The notes beneath the pieces are model-generated. The model had not been told where the DNA came from. It saw only the letters and a list, made by a program, of their open reading frames with translations, and ran no database searches. The translations under genes were made by a program, and so were the position numbers. Positions 1 through 13,126 of a stretch of DNA of 64,000 nucleotides are shown here, one piece after another. The stretch's first letter is position 1; each line of letters opens with the position of its first letter. The stretch is from Eledone cirrhosa (taxonomy: Eukaryota), in contig OZ024741.1 of NCBI GenBank assembly GCA_964016885.1, positions 269,266,001 to 269,330,000 of the forward strand. Direction: 5' to 3'.

Positions 1-24
1 CTATTTATTAAAATAACAGATTAA

Positions 25-75
25 AGTTTAAGCAAAGAATCGCTGCTTTCACCCTTAACGGGATCTTCTGAAACT
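25..75 (-). ncRNA. Type I hammerhead ribozyme motif, core variant CAGAAGA
   Basis: Minus strand: AGTTT-CAGAAGA-TCCC gttaa GGGT-GAAA-GCA..TGC-TT-AAACT; stems I, II and III pair, U4 is replaced by A. Confidence 0.6.
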
Positions 76-165
76 AACAAAGTCAATCTGTAAACGCAGA
101 ACTGGATATTTAAAAAAACGTTGCAACCGGAGGAAGACAGGAAGACGATACTTTGGTTCGTGGTA

Positions 166-421
166 ACGTTCGCTGGCAAAGAACGGGAAAAAACGAATAA
201 TACGTCATTAATAGGAGCAGTGAAAAACAATTACGCGCAAAGACAAAACCACGTTTATGGTATAAAAGAGGTCGTAGACTAATGTTCTCTTAGGTGGTGC
301 ATAGAGACGTTCTCTGGCAATGAACGAAAAAACGAAGATAATAAGTCATATGTGGAGCGTGGAGAACAAAAGCACGCAAAGACAAAACCACGTAAATGGT
401 ATAGCAGAAGTCGTAGACTAA
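166..421. repeat. Diverged ~140-bp tandem duplication in PLE-A 3' UTR
   Basis: acgttcgctggcaaa...gcaaagacaaaaccacgt...gtcgtagactaa occurs at ~166-282 and ~307-421. Confidence 0.75.
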
Positions 422-1003
422 AATTGTAACTAGGAGACCAAATGAATCTCCGCTACAGAGTTAAGAACAAAGTAAATAAATACAATACAGAAGTAATAGA
501 AACAAATAAATACATACACGCAAACAGATACGTACATACACAAGCATACGCAAAACCTGACCATAGGTATACAAAACCACGCACATATAAATATGTGTGT
601 GTGTGTATGCTTGTGTACAAATAAATAAATAATTATATAAACGTATATAAGTAAATAAATACGTATATAACAAGCGCACGCACACACCTACATATAAATA
701 CACGAATGTTCGGAGACGTAAGTCAACTAAAATAAGAAGTACGCATATACACACACCCACCATACGTACGAACCTGCATACTCACTCGGACGCAAAACTC
801 CCGTATACACATAGCCAAACCCTAAATTCCAGAATATGTAAAAATGATACGCCATAACAGTCAAATATACGTACGAGAAGGTATACATACCTTCACAAAA
901 CATATGGGTAATATATACTTACCTATGCAAATAAGTAAAGGAATAAACAAAACATATACTTAGCTCCCACATCAAGACGTAAAATATCCGCGTATAGATC
1001 GTG

Positions 1004-1939
1004 CTATCCGTTAGGGTATAACGTGGGGCTGTAATACAGGAAAGTTTTGTGCAATTTATGTTTACAAGCCGAAATTGCCTCAGATTTTTTGTTTAAGATG
1101 TGGCCTGTGGCGTAGAGTATTTCCAGGGCCTCAGCGGCGCAGAGGTCACATGGTCTTTTATTTCCGTTATACGATCTAGCCCTAGCTAGGATCTCCCAGT
1201 GTAACTTATATTGGGTGTGGTTGTCTTTTAGACTCCAGATATAAGCTGAGAGTGACGTCATATTCCTTCTTAGAGGGTAACGAAAAGAATGGGTATGCAT
1301 GTAAAGACGCTGCTTGAAACTATTGGCGGTTAACCCTATGTAGGCCCTACGGGACGTGGGTGTTACAACCTTACATTTGTAGACAATGTTACTAGAGAGG
1401 CATTTCCCGGATAGGGGGCAATCAGCCCGATTCCTACAATTACAGTTAGTACTAACTACAGGGTTGCACGTGTTCCTACGGCTAGGTAGTTTAGCTAAAT
1501 TTGAAGCTGTGATGTTATTTGCAAGGTTAGGAGTCGTAGAGTAAGAAATTTTAATAGTATTTCTATTAAAAATTTTACTATATTTATGTGTAGGGGAAAA
1601 ATGCTTTGTAATAAGGGAAAGAAAGATCTTAGCTAATGGTGTGGCCACCTCCATATTATATGGTGGGTTAAACCAACAAATGCGACGGGATCTATTTCTT
1701 CTAGGTCTATTTTCATACTCTGTATATGCTACCTTATCGACAAATCCACTTCGAGCAAGAGCTTCATTGTAATAAGTGGAATGGTCGTTGAAAATGCGCT
1801 CGTTGGTGGAAAGACGGGAAAGCCTCAACGAAACGTTTCTTACCAGGTTCTTGGTTATGCTGGCAGGATGGTTGGAATGCTTACTTATGTAATTAAGCGT
1901 ATCATTCGGCTTTCTATACGGGTAGTACAACCCATTCAA
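1004..1939 (-). CDS. C-terminal part of PLE polyprotein: RT thumb, linker and GIY-YIG endonuclease (no true start)
   Basis: PYRKPN, WFNPPY, ISYSTTPNL, CNC..CPLSGKCL, IVYKC...YIGLT..FKQR..H, CDLCAAE, LNKKSE..CKH. Confidence 0.88.
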   Translation of the reverse strand: MNGLYYPYRKPNDTLNYISKHSNHPASITKNLVRNVSLRLSRLSTNERIFNDHSTYYNEALARSGFVDKVAYTEYENRPRRNRSRRICWFNPPYNMEVATPLAKIFLSLITKHFSPTHKYSKIFNRNTIKISYSTTPNLANNITASNLAKLPSRRNTCNPVVSTNCNCRNRADCPLSGKCLSSNIVYKCKVVTPTSRRAYIGLTANSFKQRLYMHTHSFRYPLRRNMTSLSAYIWSLKDNHTQYKLHWEILARARSYNGNKRPCDLCAAEALEILYATGHILNKKSEAISACKHKLHKTFLYYSPTLYPNG

Positions 1940-2009
1940 TAAATTGAGGGTCCCGTTAAGGGTGAAAGCAGCGATTCTTTGCTTAAACTTTAATCTGTTA
2001 TTTTAATAA

Positions 2010-2053
<44 letters not shown>

Positions 2054-2375
2054 AAATAGTAGAGAGTAAAAAGATTTTTTCAGTAGAAAATGCTGAAGAG
2101 ATTCTTTCAGTATGATATCAAAACATTTATTTATTTATAAAGTGGTATTTCCGCATTTAGTAATATCGGTTTCAGCATATTATACTTTTTCAACAGCGGA
2201 TATACATAATGTAGTTATGTTGCATATTTATACGAATAATAAAAAGGGGAAGAAAAATTATTAGTTTTTACATACATATTTAGAGAGGAAAGTTCATATC
2301 TCTGTCCGTGTTTGTCCTTCCTTCTCTGTTAGTTGGCTGACAATATATATGTATATATATTCATATATATGTATA

Positions 2376-2442
<67 letters not shown>

Positions 2443-2638
2443 CAGACCTGTCAACCTCTAAAAGCTCAAACGGAGAGTAACATGAAAAAAAGTGCCCCAA
2501 AACGGGGAGAAATGAGACATAATGGGGAGATTTTACATAATGAAAGCTATACCCATTTTCAAAAGAGAAAGACATCTCTCATCCACCCCAAAGCGGGTAG
2601 GAGATCTTCCCGTCGGACGGGGAGAGTTGACAGGTCTG
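2443..2638. mobile_element. MITE with 13-bp terminal inverted repeats (hAT-like CAG ends)
   Basis: CAGACCTGTCAAC ... GTTGACAGGTCTG; no clean target-site duplication. Confidence 0.65.
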
Positions 2639-3325
2639 CTATATATATATATTCACATATATCTTGCTGTTCAGCAATAATTTCTAAGACGAGTAAAGGG
2701 TCTCAGCAGAAATTTCCAATTGAGTATAAGGAATTTTGAGATAAAAGCCTAAATCTTTTGACACTATCATGTATACATTTATTTTTATCTTGTAAAAAAT
2801 CATTAAGTCAATTCGTTTTGACATAATATTGCACACAAATTCTGCATTTCCATAAACATTTCTCCATTTCATAATTCACCACACTGATTCTGTTCGTATA
2901 TATAAATATATATGTATAGAAATAAAAAAAAAAAAATGTTATGAGATATTCTCAGAAAGATAAAATCTTAATCAACACATAACAGTGTGGTAGCTACCAA
3001 ATTCACACCTCATCCAATTTCAACATGTTGCGAAACTAACGATGTCATTTTGTATTTGCCCGAATCTACTTAACAATATTTATAACTCTATCCAAAGTGT
3101 CACTTGAAATAATCTGTTTTGCGCTGAGGTTTTGCTGTTGTAAAATGCAACGAAAGGAAATTAAAGCACCCAGATGTAAATCTTACACGTTTTCCTACCG
3201 TGAAAGGTACACCATATGTACACATACTCACTAAATTACTGGAATTTAGCCCAGCTTTTACCTTTAATATTGTTGAATTACATCGAATCTACATATCCTT
3301 CAGTCGATTCATTCAAAAGTATATC

Positions 3326-3359
<34 letters not shown>

Positions 3360-3687
3360 CAGTGTAGCCCCGACATTCGCGGTACCGGCATTTGCAGCAC
3401 CAATTATTCGCGGAATTTTCCTTAGAACCTAACTAATAATTGTTCGTGGAAACCACCGCATATCGCAGAAACGTAAATATATTCCGCGATATTTTAATGA
3501 CTTTTTCGTGGCAATATATCTTTTCCAAGCTTTTTAACGATAAATTATTAATAACAATATACTGTATTTGTTGTCCTATATTTTACGTTGTTTTGACGTT
3601 TATAGGCATTTTTATGCACCACATCCGATATTCGCGGTTTTTCACTCTTCGCGGGTGCTATAGGAACGTAAGCCCCGCGGGCAACTG
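3360..3687. mobile_element. Degenerate Tigger/pogo-like MITE
   Basis: Begins CAGT..CCCCG, ends ACTG-TA, with repeated internal (T)ATTCGCGG motifs. Confidence 0.5.
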
Positions 3688-3699
3688 TATATATATATG

Positions 3700-3735
<36 letters not shown>

Positions 3736-4151
3736 TTAACGAATCCGGTGTTTAACAATTCAGAAACATTTGGACGTGCGTCTACATGTGAGAAACACAT
3801 ATCTGAGGATATTCCGATTCCAGAGTCAGAAACAAACATAATTCAATCGTTCCTCGAGCTGATCGGCAGTGAAACATATGTAATATGTAATTAAATATGT
3901 ATATGATGCAATACTGATTCTGTATTCCCTATTTATTATTATCATCCACATTATTATTATTGATCTGTTCGTATGTCCTTTTTGCTCGCTCCCAGTAAGT
4001 CGCTTTATTTGCCTGTTAAAATTATTTGTTGTTAAATATTTCTTGTTGTGTAAGGGATATAATCACTTGGACTTTGCCCTGTGAAGGGGAAAGTATAATA
4101 TTTCGGCCTTTTGGCCCAAATATTTGAACATTTTACTTTTTAAAAAGAATT

Positions 4152-6465
4152 ATGAAAAAAAAAAACATTACTGAGCCACGCCCCCCAGCAATTGGTCTGC
4201 TGTCGTCTGACAACGGCGTAAAAGTTGAGAGGAGGGTTACAAAAATTGTTACAACAGACACCACCACAAACAACGTGAAGAAAGACAACACTGAGAACAC
4301 TAATTTCGAAAAAATTGCCACACCAACTACAACAATAACAGCGACAACCAAAATACAGACAACAGAAAAAAATGACAACAAATTCAACAACGATATTACC
4401 ACCACTAACAAGAAAATAAACAACGACACCAACAGCAACAATACAAATTGCACCGAAAACAACAACAACGGTGGCACCAAAAACACAACCAACTACAACA
4501 GTGATAACAGCAACAACACCAACAACACCGTTTGTAGGAGTAGCAACAGCACCAACAACAAGACCAGTAGCAGCAGTAGCGGCAGAAATAATGGTGCCGC
4601 TAAAAAAGGGACCACTTCTTTCGCAGGTGTGGCCGGAAATATAGAGTCACGGAGGAGATGGCAGTCGCAAGAGCCATGGTGACAAGAAATGACGATAGAG
4701 TTGCTCTGAAACCTCCACCCGATTTCTTCAAAGACCAGCAGCTGCACACGATGACTTACCGCACCGTAAGCAAAATGTCACATCGGGTAGAGAGAGCCAT
4801 GGAGGCTCAAAAAAGCTCAAAAGGCCTGGGGTGCGTCTGGGCGCGCAAAACCCACATCACTCGAGGCAAAAAGTACGCCACAGTAGACAACCAAGAAGAG
4901 GGCCCCCTTCTTCCGACGCCGGATCCACTGCTACCAAAAGCAGGGCGGGCAACAGAGGCAGAATACCCTTCCATTGTGAGTAGGAGGGCAACGTACGTGG
5001 CACCATACCAAGGCCACGGACTACTAAAACAGCGGCAGCAGTGGCGGCAACACCAATAGTCGCAGTAGCTACACCGGCGGCAAAATCGCCGGAGCGGGCT
5101 CCATTACCACCACCAACAGCAGTGGAGTTCATACCACTCCCAGACGCCACGGAATCCGACATGGAGTATGAGGCGGGAAGGAAGTGGAAAACGGTCTGCC
5201 ACAACCCCCCCTTAGCTTCACCCTCCAAAAGCGAAGGCAAACAAAGAGGGGTAAAGGCTGCAAGGAAACTTGCAGCAACGCCACCACCATCATCATCACC
5301 ACCACAAGCATCACCACCAGCAACAACCACACCACCACCAGCGTCATCAAAAACACCAACATCGCAGATCAACAAAGCACACACACCCAACAGCAACAAC
5401 AAGAAAACAGCAACAAAATCACCCTCCCTCCAAAAAGAACACAGCCATAAACATGGCAAATAAAGAACTTTTACAACATATAAAGCAGCACACAGACATC
5501 ACAGAAAAAAAATACTATACCCCACCAACACCAAGAACTCTCCCGACAAACATAAACATCATTGAAATCAAAATAGAACATTACAAACTTTTAAAACAAA
5601 AATTACCCAACGCGGTTGGAGGCTTCAGAGGGTCGGTTGCCAAGAGGATACACACCGACATCCTCTTGGAAACACGCATGGCCAGCCAAAGGGACGGTTC
5701 TACTGTCCCTTCACCACATGATCAAGGTAAGTCATCCTTTCTCACTTACCCCGTTTCTCATCCAACATGGCCGTACATAGAATAGGCAGTATAAATGTAC
5801 GTGGCCTGGGGTCATCTTGGAAGCAGGGTCACCTGCTCAACGACCTCAGGTCAGTAAACATAGATGTGGTGGCCATCAGCGAGACCAAAATCTCCGAAGC
5901 ACGAGCCTTCGCACCGATCTTCGGCGGCTATGATGTATACGCATCTCCCAGCCGTCCAGGATGGGGGGAGGATTGCCGTGCTTTTTCGGAGAGGCTTGGT
6001 CTCGCTATACAGGGCATCTTCCTGGACCCAGAAGGTAAGTCGGTGGTGCTGGACGTGACCGGCAGCGGGGGAAATGCTTTCAGGCTAGTAGCCGTCTACG
6101 CCCTAACTGGGGTAGGACGGCCAGATTTCTTCAGACGTCTAGAGACCTTATTGGAATGTCCCGCTCTTTAGTGTTAGTGGGCGACTGGAACGGTATCTTA
6201 GATGCACGCTGGGATTATGTGTGGCTAGAAGACAGGAATGGAGGGTGTAAAAGCCTCAACAACCTGCTCAGACGTTTTGAACTGTCTGACAGGTGTAGAC
6301 TGGATTATCCGAATGTGCCAATGTGGATATGGGCAAACCGCATCGGGTCATCCAGATCGTATTTAGATAGGGTATTCTGTAGGGAAACAGATAAGGCTAG
6401 TGTAGGTTGTCCACAATTTAAAGTAGTCGACTACACGGACCACAAATTTGTGATCTGTGAAGTTA
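4152..6465 (+). mobile_element. Decayed L1/Tx1-clade LINE 5' half: low-complexity ORF1 remnants and ORF2 endonuclease, cut off before RT
   Basis: Frameshifted N/T/P-rich ORFs at 4152-5785 followed by an APE domain starting at 5767. Confidence 0.7.
5767..6465 (+). pseudogene. Apurinic-like endonuclease (APE) domain of LINE ORF2, frameshifted
   Basis: GSINVRGL, VVAISETK, LVAVYA, LVGDWN, SYLDRVF, TDHKFV. Confidence 0.85.
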
Positions 6466-6542
6466 TTTGGCAATCGCTCTGTATAATCAGCTCCTGATTA
6501 TTACTGGAATTATATAAGAATCCAGCGGAGAGGGCAGTACGT

Positions 6543-6584
6543 AGCTCTGATGACTGCCAAACAGCATGAAACAGACTGTTAGAT
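6543..6584 (+). ncRNA. Minimal type I hammerhead ribozyme, copy 1
   Basis: AGCT-CTGATGA-cTGC caaaca GCAt-GAAA-CAG a CTG-TT-AGAT; distal agagggcag/ctgccttct extends stem I. Confidence 0.75.
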
Positions 6585-6856
6585 TCTCTGCCTTCTTTCG
6601 CCGTAAAGAAGTAAGTGACATAGTCACTACTTTAAAATGATAGCGTGAAGTCTTCAAAATGTTTTTAATTAAACATACGGTATATTGCCAAATATATTAT
6701 ACATACATTCATGTATACATCGCTATTTCAGAGCACCAATCCTAATACTTAATTTTTGCTGGACAGGCAATCGCTCTGTATAATCAGCTCTTGATTATTA
6801 CTGGAATTATATAAGAATCCAGCTTCTATAATTTTCGTCGGAAGAGGGCAGTACGT

Positions 6857-6898
6857 AGCACTGATGATTGCCAAACAGCATGAAACAGACTGTTAGCT
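6857..6898 (+). ncRNA. Minimal type I hammerhead ribozyme, copy 2
   Basis: AGCA-CTGATGA-tTGC caaaca GCAt-GAAA-CAG a CTG-TT-AGCT. Confidence 0.75.
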
Positions 6899-7014
6899 TC
6901 TCTGCCTTCTTTCGCCGAAAAAAAGTAAGTGATATAGTCACTACTTTAAAATGATAGCGTATGGTCTTCAAAATGTTTTTAATTAAACATATGGTATATT
7001 GCCAAAAATATAGT

Positions 7015-7069
7015 TTAGAAATAGCTGTCGAAACGGCCGGAGCTCAGCCGTCGGGGTCCTGACTCTTTT

Positions 7070-7072
<3 letters not shown>
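7015..7072 (+). mobile_element. Short PLE 3' fragment carrying the 3' half of an HHR (family of the 47795 hairpin)
   Basis: gtcGAAAcggccggagctcagccgTCggggtc closely matches 47864-47896; ends in (TA)n. Confidence 0.6.
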
Positions 7073-7096
<24 letters not shown>

Positions 7097-7111
<15 letters not shown>

Positions 7112-7198
7112 CATACTTCGTTTATGTATTTCTTTTATAAGATATCTTATCTGAAAACGTTTATTTGCAGCATGACCCTCCCAAAGTGTAACAATAGG
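7097..7198. mobile_element. Inverted PLE 3'-end remnant related to the 17390-19428 family
   Basis: 7097-7160 resembles 17390-17432; catgaccctcccaaagtgtaacaata matches 19404-19429. Confidence 0.5.
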
Positions 7199-7945
7199 TA
7201 TGTATCGCATGAAGTGATTATGTTACGTTGGGCATTAATTCCTGTTACTGATCTCGTGCAGTTTGTCGTGAAACGATAAACTGCTTACGAAAGAATGTTT
7301 TGTTTGAAGGCTCCCAGGATGTTAATTGTACGGTAAATATTAAAAATATGATAACAAAAATGTTGGTATGTTATCTTGTACTCTCGGGTCTCTAATACTC
7401 GTCCCCTCCTTCCCGTTTATTACATTTTCAGATTTTTTTCCAAATCCTGCTCTTATTCCACTCACCTTTCCCGCCCCTTATTAAATTTGGCTAATTTATC
7501 TCTGGCGAAGTTTTTTCTTAATTACAAGAAATTACATACGTTATAAAATAAATAGGATGTGTTGGGTCTCAATATGTAAACTAAACGACTAATTCTGTGT
7601 TGTTTTTTAATCAACGGAGATAACCTAGAAAAATTACCCCCCCCCCCCCCCCCCTGCTTATTCCAATCCCACCTATTATTTGGGACACGAAAATAGTTCT
7701 TTATAGGCCAGGATAGAATTCCTTCATCAAAAGATTAATAGAAGAAGCTACTTCGGAGCTGTATGTTTCTTTTTTGTTTTTCTTAAGCTGCCATTTAAAG
7801 AATTTGAAAGTGGTGGTTACTTTTTTTTCTTTCATAGCTGGAAGTGGTGAATGGGTCACGTATTATGTGATCTAAGCTACTGTTGTATCAGTTTTTAAAT
7901 ATATTGAAGTATGGTACTGTGTTTGTTTATGTTACCCAGTACATT

Positions 7946-8004
7946 ACTGGTACTTTATTTTATCGACCCCGTAAGGATGAAAGGCAAAGTTAACCTCGGC
8001 GGGA
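7946..8004 (-). mobile_element. SINE fragment (Octopus-type, recognised from memory)
   Basis: ctggtactttattttatcgaccccgtaaggatgaaaggcaaagttaacctcggcgg; related to 9356-9420 in opposite orientation. Confidence 0.6.
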
Positions 8005-8203
8005 TAATAATAATAATAATGATTTCATTTATTAGCCACCAGGGCCGACATGTAGGGGACAATACAAAGACAGGGACAGTGGGGTTTTACAATAAGGTGG
8101 GTGGAGTAAAAGTGCACAATGGCAAGACTAATTTAACAATGAAAATATAAAAATATAAAATAAACTATGCATAAATATAACAAAATAAATTCCCCGATAG
8201 GGG

Positions 8204-8241
<38 letters not shown>

Positions 8242-8485
8242 TGTTTTGACTGGTACTGCACACGTATTGAGAAGAGCACTATATCTGTAAGATTGATATC
8301 CCTCCTTATATTTACATATGCATATGTACATGTGTATATATGTATACTGTGTTTTTGTTGTTTTTTTAAAATTATAATCAATGTGCTGTATTAACTGGCT
8401 TACCAATGCACACTGAATTTATTTGCCCTAGGTGTCAGGAAGACACTCGGCATATATCTCAGAAACAATAATGAAAGAAAATAAA

Positions 8486-8521
<36 letters not shown>

Positions 8522-8523
<2 letters not shown>

Positions 8524-8850
8524 GAAGAAGAAGAAGAAGTAGAGCAAATTAATATAAATATACATAAATATATATAAAATAGAGTATGATAAAAGAGAAA
8601 ATATGGTGTATGATGTTGAATAAATGGATTGTAATAATATAAAAAAGAGGCGTATAGGGATTTGAGCTGTAAAGGAAATAGCACAACTACAGTGGTCTAA
8701 TAGACGGATCAAAGTGGGAAATATATAGAAGAGAAAGAGAAGTAGATATTGGTATTAAAGTGACTGGATATGCTTTGTGTATTTAATGTAAACTAGTAAA
8801 TCAGGAGGTGAAGGTATCGGGAGCGTTGGATTAATTGTTAGAGGTAAGTG
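8522..8850 (-). repeat. Dispersed repeat, probably a LINE 3' end with (TTC)n/(TTA)n tail; second copy at 10620-10940
   Basis: ~320 bp of high identity between the two copies, each adjoining GAA repeats. Confidence 0.75.
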
Positions 8851-9355
8851 ATACGTTTAAAATAGTTAAAAGTATTGTGTTTATGTTGGAAAAAAAATAC
8901 GTTTGAGAGTCTGTTGAGAGTGGAAGCTCTGGCATAAAGGTTTTCATAGTTTTGGGGAGTAAAGTGATTGCAAGGCCTTTTATTCCTGGAATATTATTTT
9001 GCTTTTGATAGAATGTTTCATGTTAAGTTGTATTATATTCTACTGGTTTTCAAATCGCAGATATATGGTGAAAGCAAAGTTGCATTTCACGCGTGAGAAT
9101 TTCGAAAGGAATATGTACTGTTAGAAACAGAATTTAAAAGAATTAGATGTTAGATCAATTTAAACCATAGATGAGTTATTAGTTTTCTCTGTACACTGGT
9201 ATGATATATCTTTATCCATACAATTAGAATCAAGAGAAAAATGTTAAGGTTGATGCAATTACAATGAATTAGTTAGCTTCAGGTTGGTTACGTCTGGGTA
9301 ATTTATATGAATGAAGGACTTGAGAAAATTTAGGTGTAGTAAAATCAAATCAGTG

Positions 9356-9420
9356 GTCAACTTTGCCTTTCACCCATCCGAGGTCGATAAAAATGTACCA
9401 GTCTAGTACTGGGGTCAATT
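9356..9420 (+). mobile_element. SINE fragment (same family as 7946-8004)
   Basis: gtcaactttgcctttcacccatccgaggtcgataaaaatgtaccagtctagtactggggtc. Confidence 0.6.
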
Positions 9421-9974
9421 CTTCCTCTATATCTCTTTCTCACTACCAGTCTCTCTCTCTCCCCATCTCTCTCTCTCCCCCTCTCTCTCTCCTTCTTTTT
9501 CTCCATCTCTCTCAATCTCTCTCTCTCCCCCTTTCTATCTTTGTCTCTCTCTCCCCCTTTCTCTCTCTCTCTCCTTTTCCGGAATAAATCTGCTGTATTC
9601 AGATTTAGAAATGAGATGGGCTCCGCTAGGTTTAAAAATGCCATAGAAACGTTGTATGTCAATATGGCGTCCTCACGACTTCCCCAGGAGTTACGGCACC
9701 ATATCATACCAAAATAAAATATTCTATCGCTGATTCTATTAAATAATTTCTTGCACTTACGTCACGGATAAAGTGTTTCTTAGGTAATTTGAGGAAAATA
9801 TTGGTTATTGGAATGGATACTACTAGACTAAACGGAGGATTGTACTAAAATCTTTCTCTGTTTTTCTGTGTTATTCATATACTGAAATTCCCGATATTAT
9901 CTGCAAATACGTATCCACACTTATATATGTACGGCAATATACATACGTTGATGTCTACATTTGTGAATCAGCGT

Positions 9975-10604
9975 TCACATTGGTCATGAATCTTGGGTAA
10001 TGACCGAAAGAATACGATCGCGAATACAAGCGACCGAAAAGGGTCTTTGGAGTAACGTTACTCGATAAATGGTGTAGCTCGGATATCAGAGAGTCACTCC
10101 GGGTAGAGCCAGTACTTCTCCGAATTGAGAAATCACAGCTCCGTTATTATGGCCATGGAGTTAGAATGTCTCAGAAAAGAATCCCTGGACAGATTTTACG
10201 GACAAAACCAACCGGCAGGAGATATATATGTAGACCCCATGCAAGATGATTGGATAACACCTAAGATCTTCATTAAGTTTATTGAGGTGTGACGCACGTT
10301 TCGCGATTGATCAGCTCAAGGCTCGATCTGGCAGATTCATTGTGTCATTACCATAACAGAAGTCCGACAAGATTTTGATTCCAGAGTCGGGCCAGATCGA
10401 TAGAGATCGAGCCTTGGACTGATCAATCGTGAAACGCGCATCATATCTCTGCTTAATACAACACGAAAATACATACTGGAAACTACTCATTGAGTGCTCA
10501 CTCTGGTGAACCTGACAGGACCCGCTGGAAGAAGTTTTTGATGACTCTGCCTCCACGACCCTCTCAGGAACAAGTGGGCGAAGAAGAAGAAGGAGAAGAA
10601 GAAG

Positions 10605-10634
<30 letters not shown>
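9975..10634 (+). mobile_element. Decayed RTE-clade LINE 3' end with (GAA)n tail
   Basis: Manual translation: GHESWVMTERIRSRIQA; DIRESLRVEPVLLRIEKSQLRYYGH; DRTRWKKFLMTLPPRP followed by (GAA)n. Confidence 0.75.
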
Positions 10635-10636
<2 letters not shown>

Positions 10637-10940
10637 GAGCAAATTAATATATATATACATAAATATATATATAAAATAGAGTATGATAAAAGAGAAAGTA
10701 TGGTTTATATGTTGAATAAATGGATTGTAATAATGTAAAAAAGAGGCGTATAGGGATTTGAGCTGTAAAGGAAATAGCACAACTACAGTGGTCTAATAGA
10801 CGGATCAAAGTGGGAAATATATAGAAGAGAAAGAGAAGTAGATATTGGTATTAAAGTGACTGGATATCCTTTGTGTCTTTAATGTAAACTAGTAAATCAG
10901 GAGGTGAAGGTATCGGGAGTGTTAGTTTAAATGTTAAAGA
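10620..10940 (-). repeat. Second copy of the 8522-8850 repeat
   Basis: Direct sequence match to 8522-8850. Confidence 0.75.
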
Positions 10941-10964
10941 TTAATCTATCGCAGGGTTAAACCC

Positions 10965-11036
10965 ACAGCTATTGCTGGTACTCATTTTCAGCTGTGTATA
11001 TTGGAGCAACGTGAAATAAAGTGTTTTGCTCATGAA
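10965..11036 (-). mobile_element. SINE central-domain fragment
   Basis: gctggtactcattttcagctg..ggagcaacgtgaaataaagtgttttgctca resembles the reverse complement of the post-tRNA region of metazoan SINEs. Confidence 0.5.
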
Positions 11037-11039
11037 ATC

Positions 11040-11078
<39 letters not shown>

Positions 11079-11226
11079 TGTATATACTGTATATATATAT
11101 ATATATATATGCATGTATATATATATATATGCATGTATATATATATATATATATATATGCATGTATATATATATATGCATGTATATATATATATATATAT
11201 GCATGTATATATATATATATATATGC

Positions 11227-11271
<45 letters not shown>

Positions 11272-11393
11272 TGTATATATATATATATATATAAAGTGCG
11301 GAAGAACTCATCAGAGTCAACGGCCATTCAAAAATGTGTAAATATGTATATACACATGTACATATGTATGTGTATGTATATGCGTGTGTATAT

Positions 11394-12110
11394 GCCTGGG
11401 GTGTCAGGGAGAGGCATGTACCTCTGTAGGGGGGCTAGCCATGCCCTATTCAAGACAGCTCGTCCTACATTAGGTCCCACCTGACACTCAGCTCTGACCT
11501 GTGTTCCCAAGAAGCTGTAGCATGCGACAGCGGCCACACCCGGTAAACCGCCTTGGCTGGTGTGCCGAACCAGGTTGAGGGTAGCCGGATGGGTCTGAAA
11601 CCCCCCTCCCCCCGGTGAGTTAGATAGGGGATGCCTGCCTCTGCATGCGAAGACTGGACCCTCGGAGTGAGTGGAGGACAACATCGTCCCAATGGTCACG
11701 AAGGCGACGGCAGAAAGCGGTGTGGAGCGCTAGGGCACGGCAAGACACTACAGACGTCGTGGCCATCCACTGCAGCCAAGGAAGTCCCTGGTCGTGACGG
11801 TCTTCCGTACCACCGGATTCTGGATTCTGCGGCCGCGTGAGTAGGACCATCACTGTGCACTGGCCCTCCCACTATAAACCTTTCCCGCACAGGTTTGTTC
11901 TTTAGCGTGCACTCCCAAATCCCTGCGGCGATGGGCGAGAGGTTGAGGTAACCTCTGGGAATTGCCAGTCTGACTCCCGTCTTTTCCCCTGCCCTCAATG
12001 TCCCCGGACCTGCAAGTCAAGGATCGGCCTCCACAGACACCTTCGTGCCCACGGCAGACGGGAATAACAATAAAGAAGATGTCATCATCGTTTACGATGG
12101 ACAACCAAGA
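11394..12110 (+). mobile_element. Non-autonomous RTE-derived element (5' UTR joined to 3' end) in TA-rich repeat
   Basis: GC-rich non-coding island; internal ggccatccactgcagccaaggaag and terminal tcatcgtttacgatggacaaccaagaa resemble RTE UTRs as I recall them. Confidence 0.5.

Positions 12111-13126
<1,016 letters not shown>

Larger units (their letters stand above)
1..2013 (-). mobile_element. 5'-truncated Penelope-like retroelement (PLE-A) with long 3' UTR, HHR and a short inverted copy of its 3' end (1951-2013)
   Basis: ORF 1004-1939 has PLE thumb/linker/GIY-YIG motifs; 1951-2013 is the reverse complement of ~3-63; followed by (TA)n. Confidence 0.85.
6468..7005 (+). mobile_element. Non-coding tandem repeat with one HHR per unit (retrozyme-like or PLE pseudo-LTR dimer)
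   Basis: ggcaatcgctctgtataatcagc...ggtatattgccaaa occurs twice; HHR cores lie 314 nt apart. Confidence 0.75.

Noticed and set aside
4152-5785. N/T/P/H-rich ORFs as a host gene
   Set aside because: Low complexity, frameshifted and directly upstream of a LINE APE domain, so more likely ORF1 remnants
8850-9350. Possible LINE coding remnant on the minus strand
   Set aside because: Too many stops and no diagnostic motif recognisable by eye
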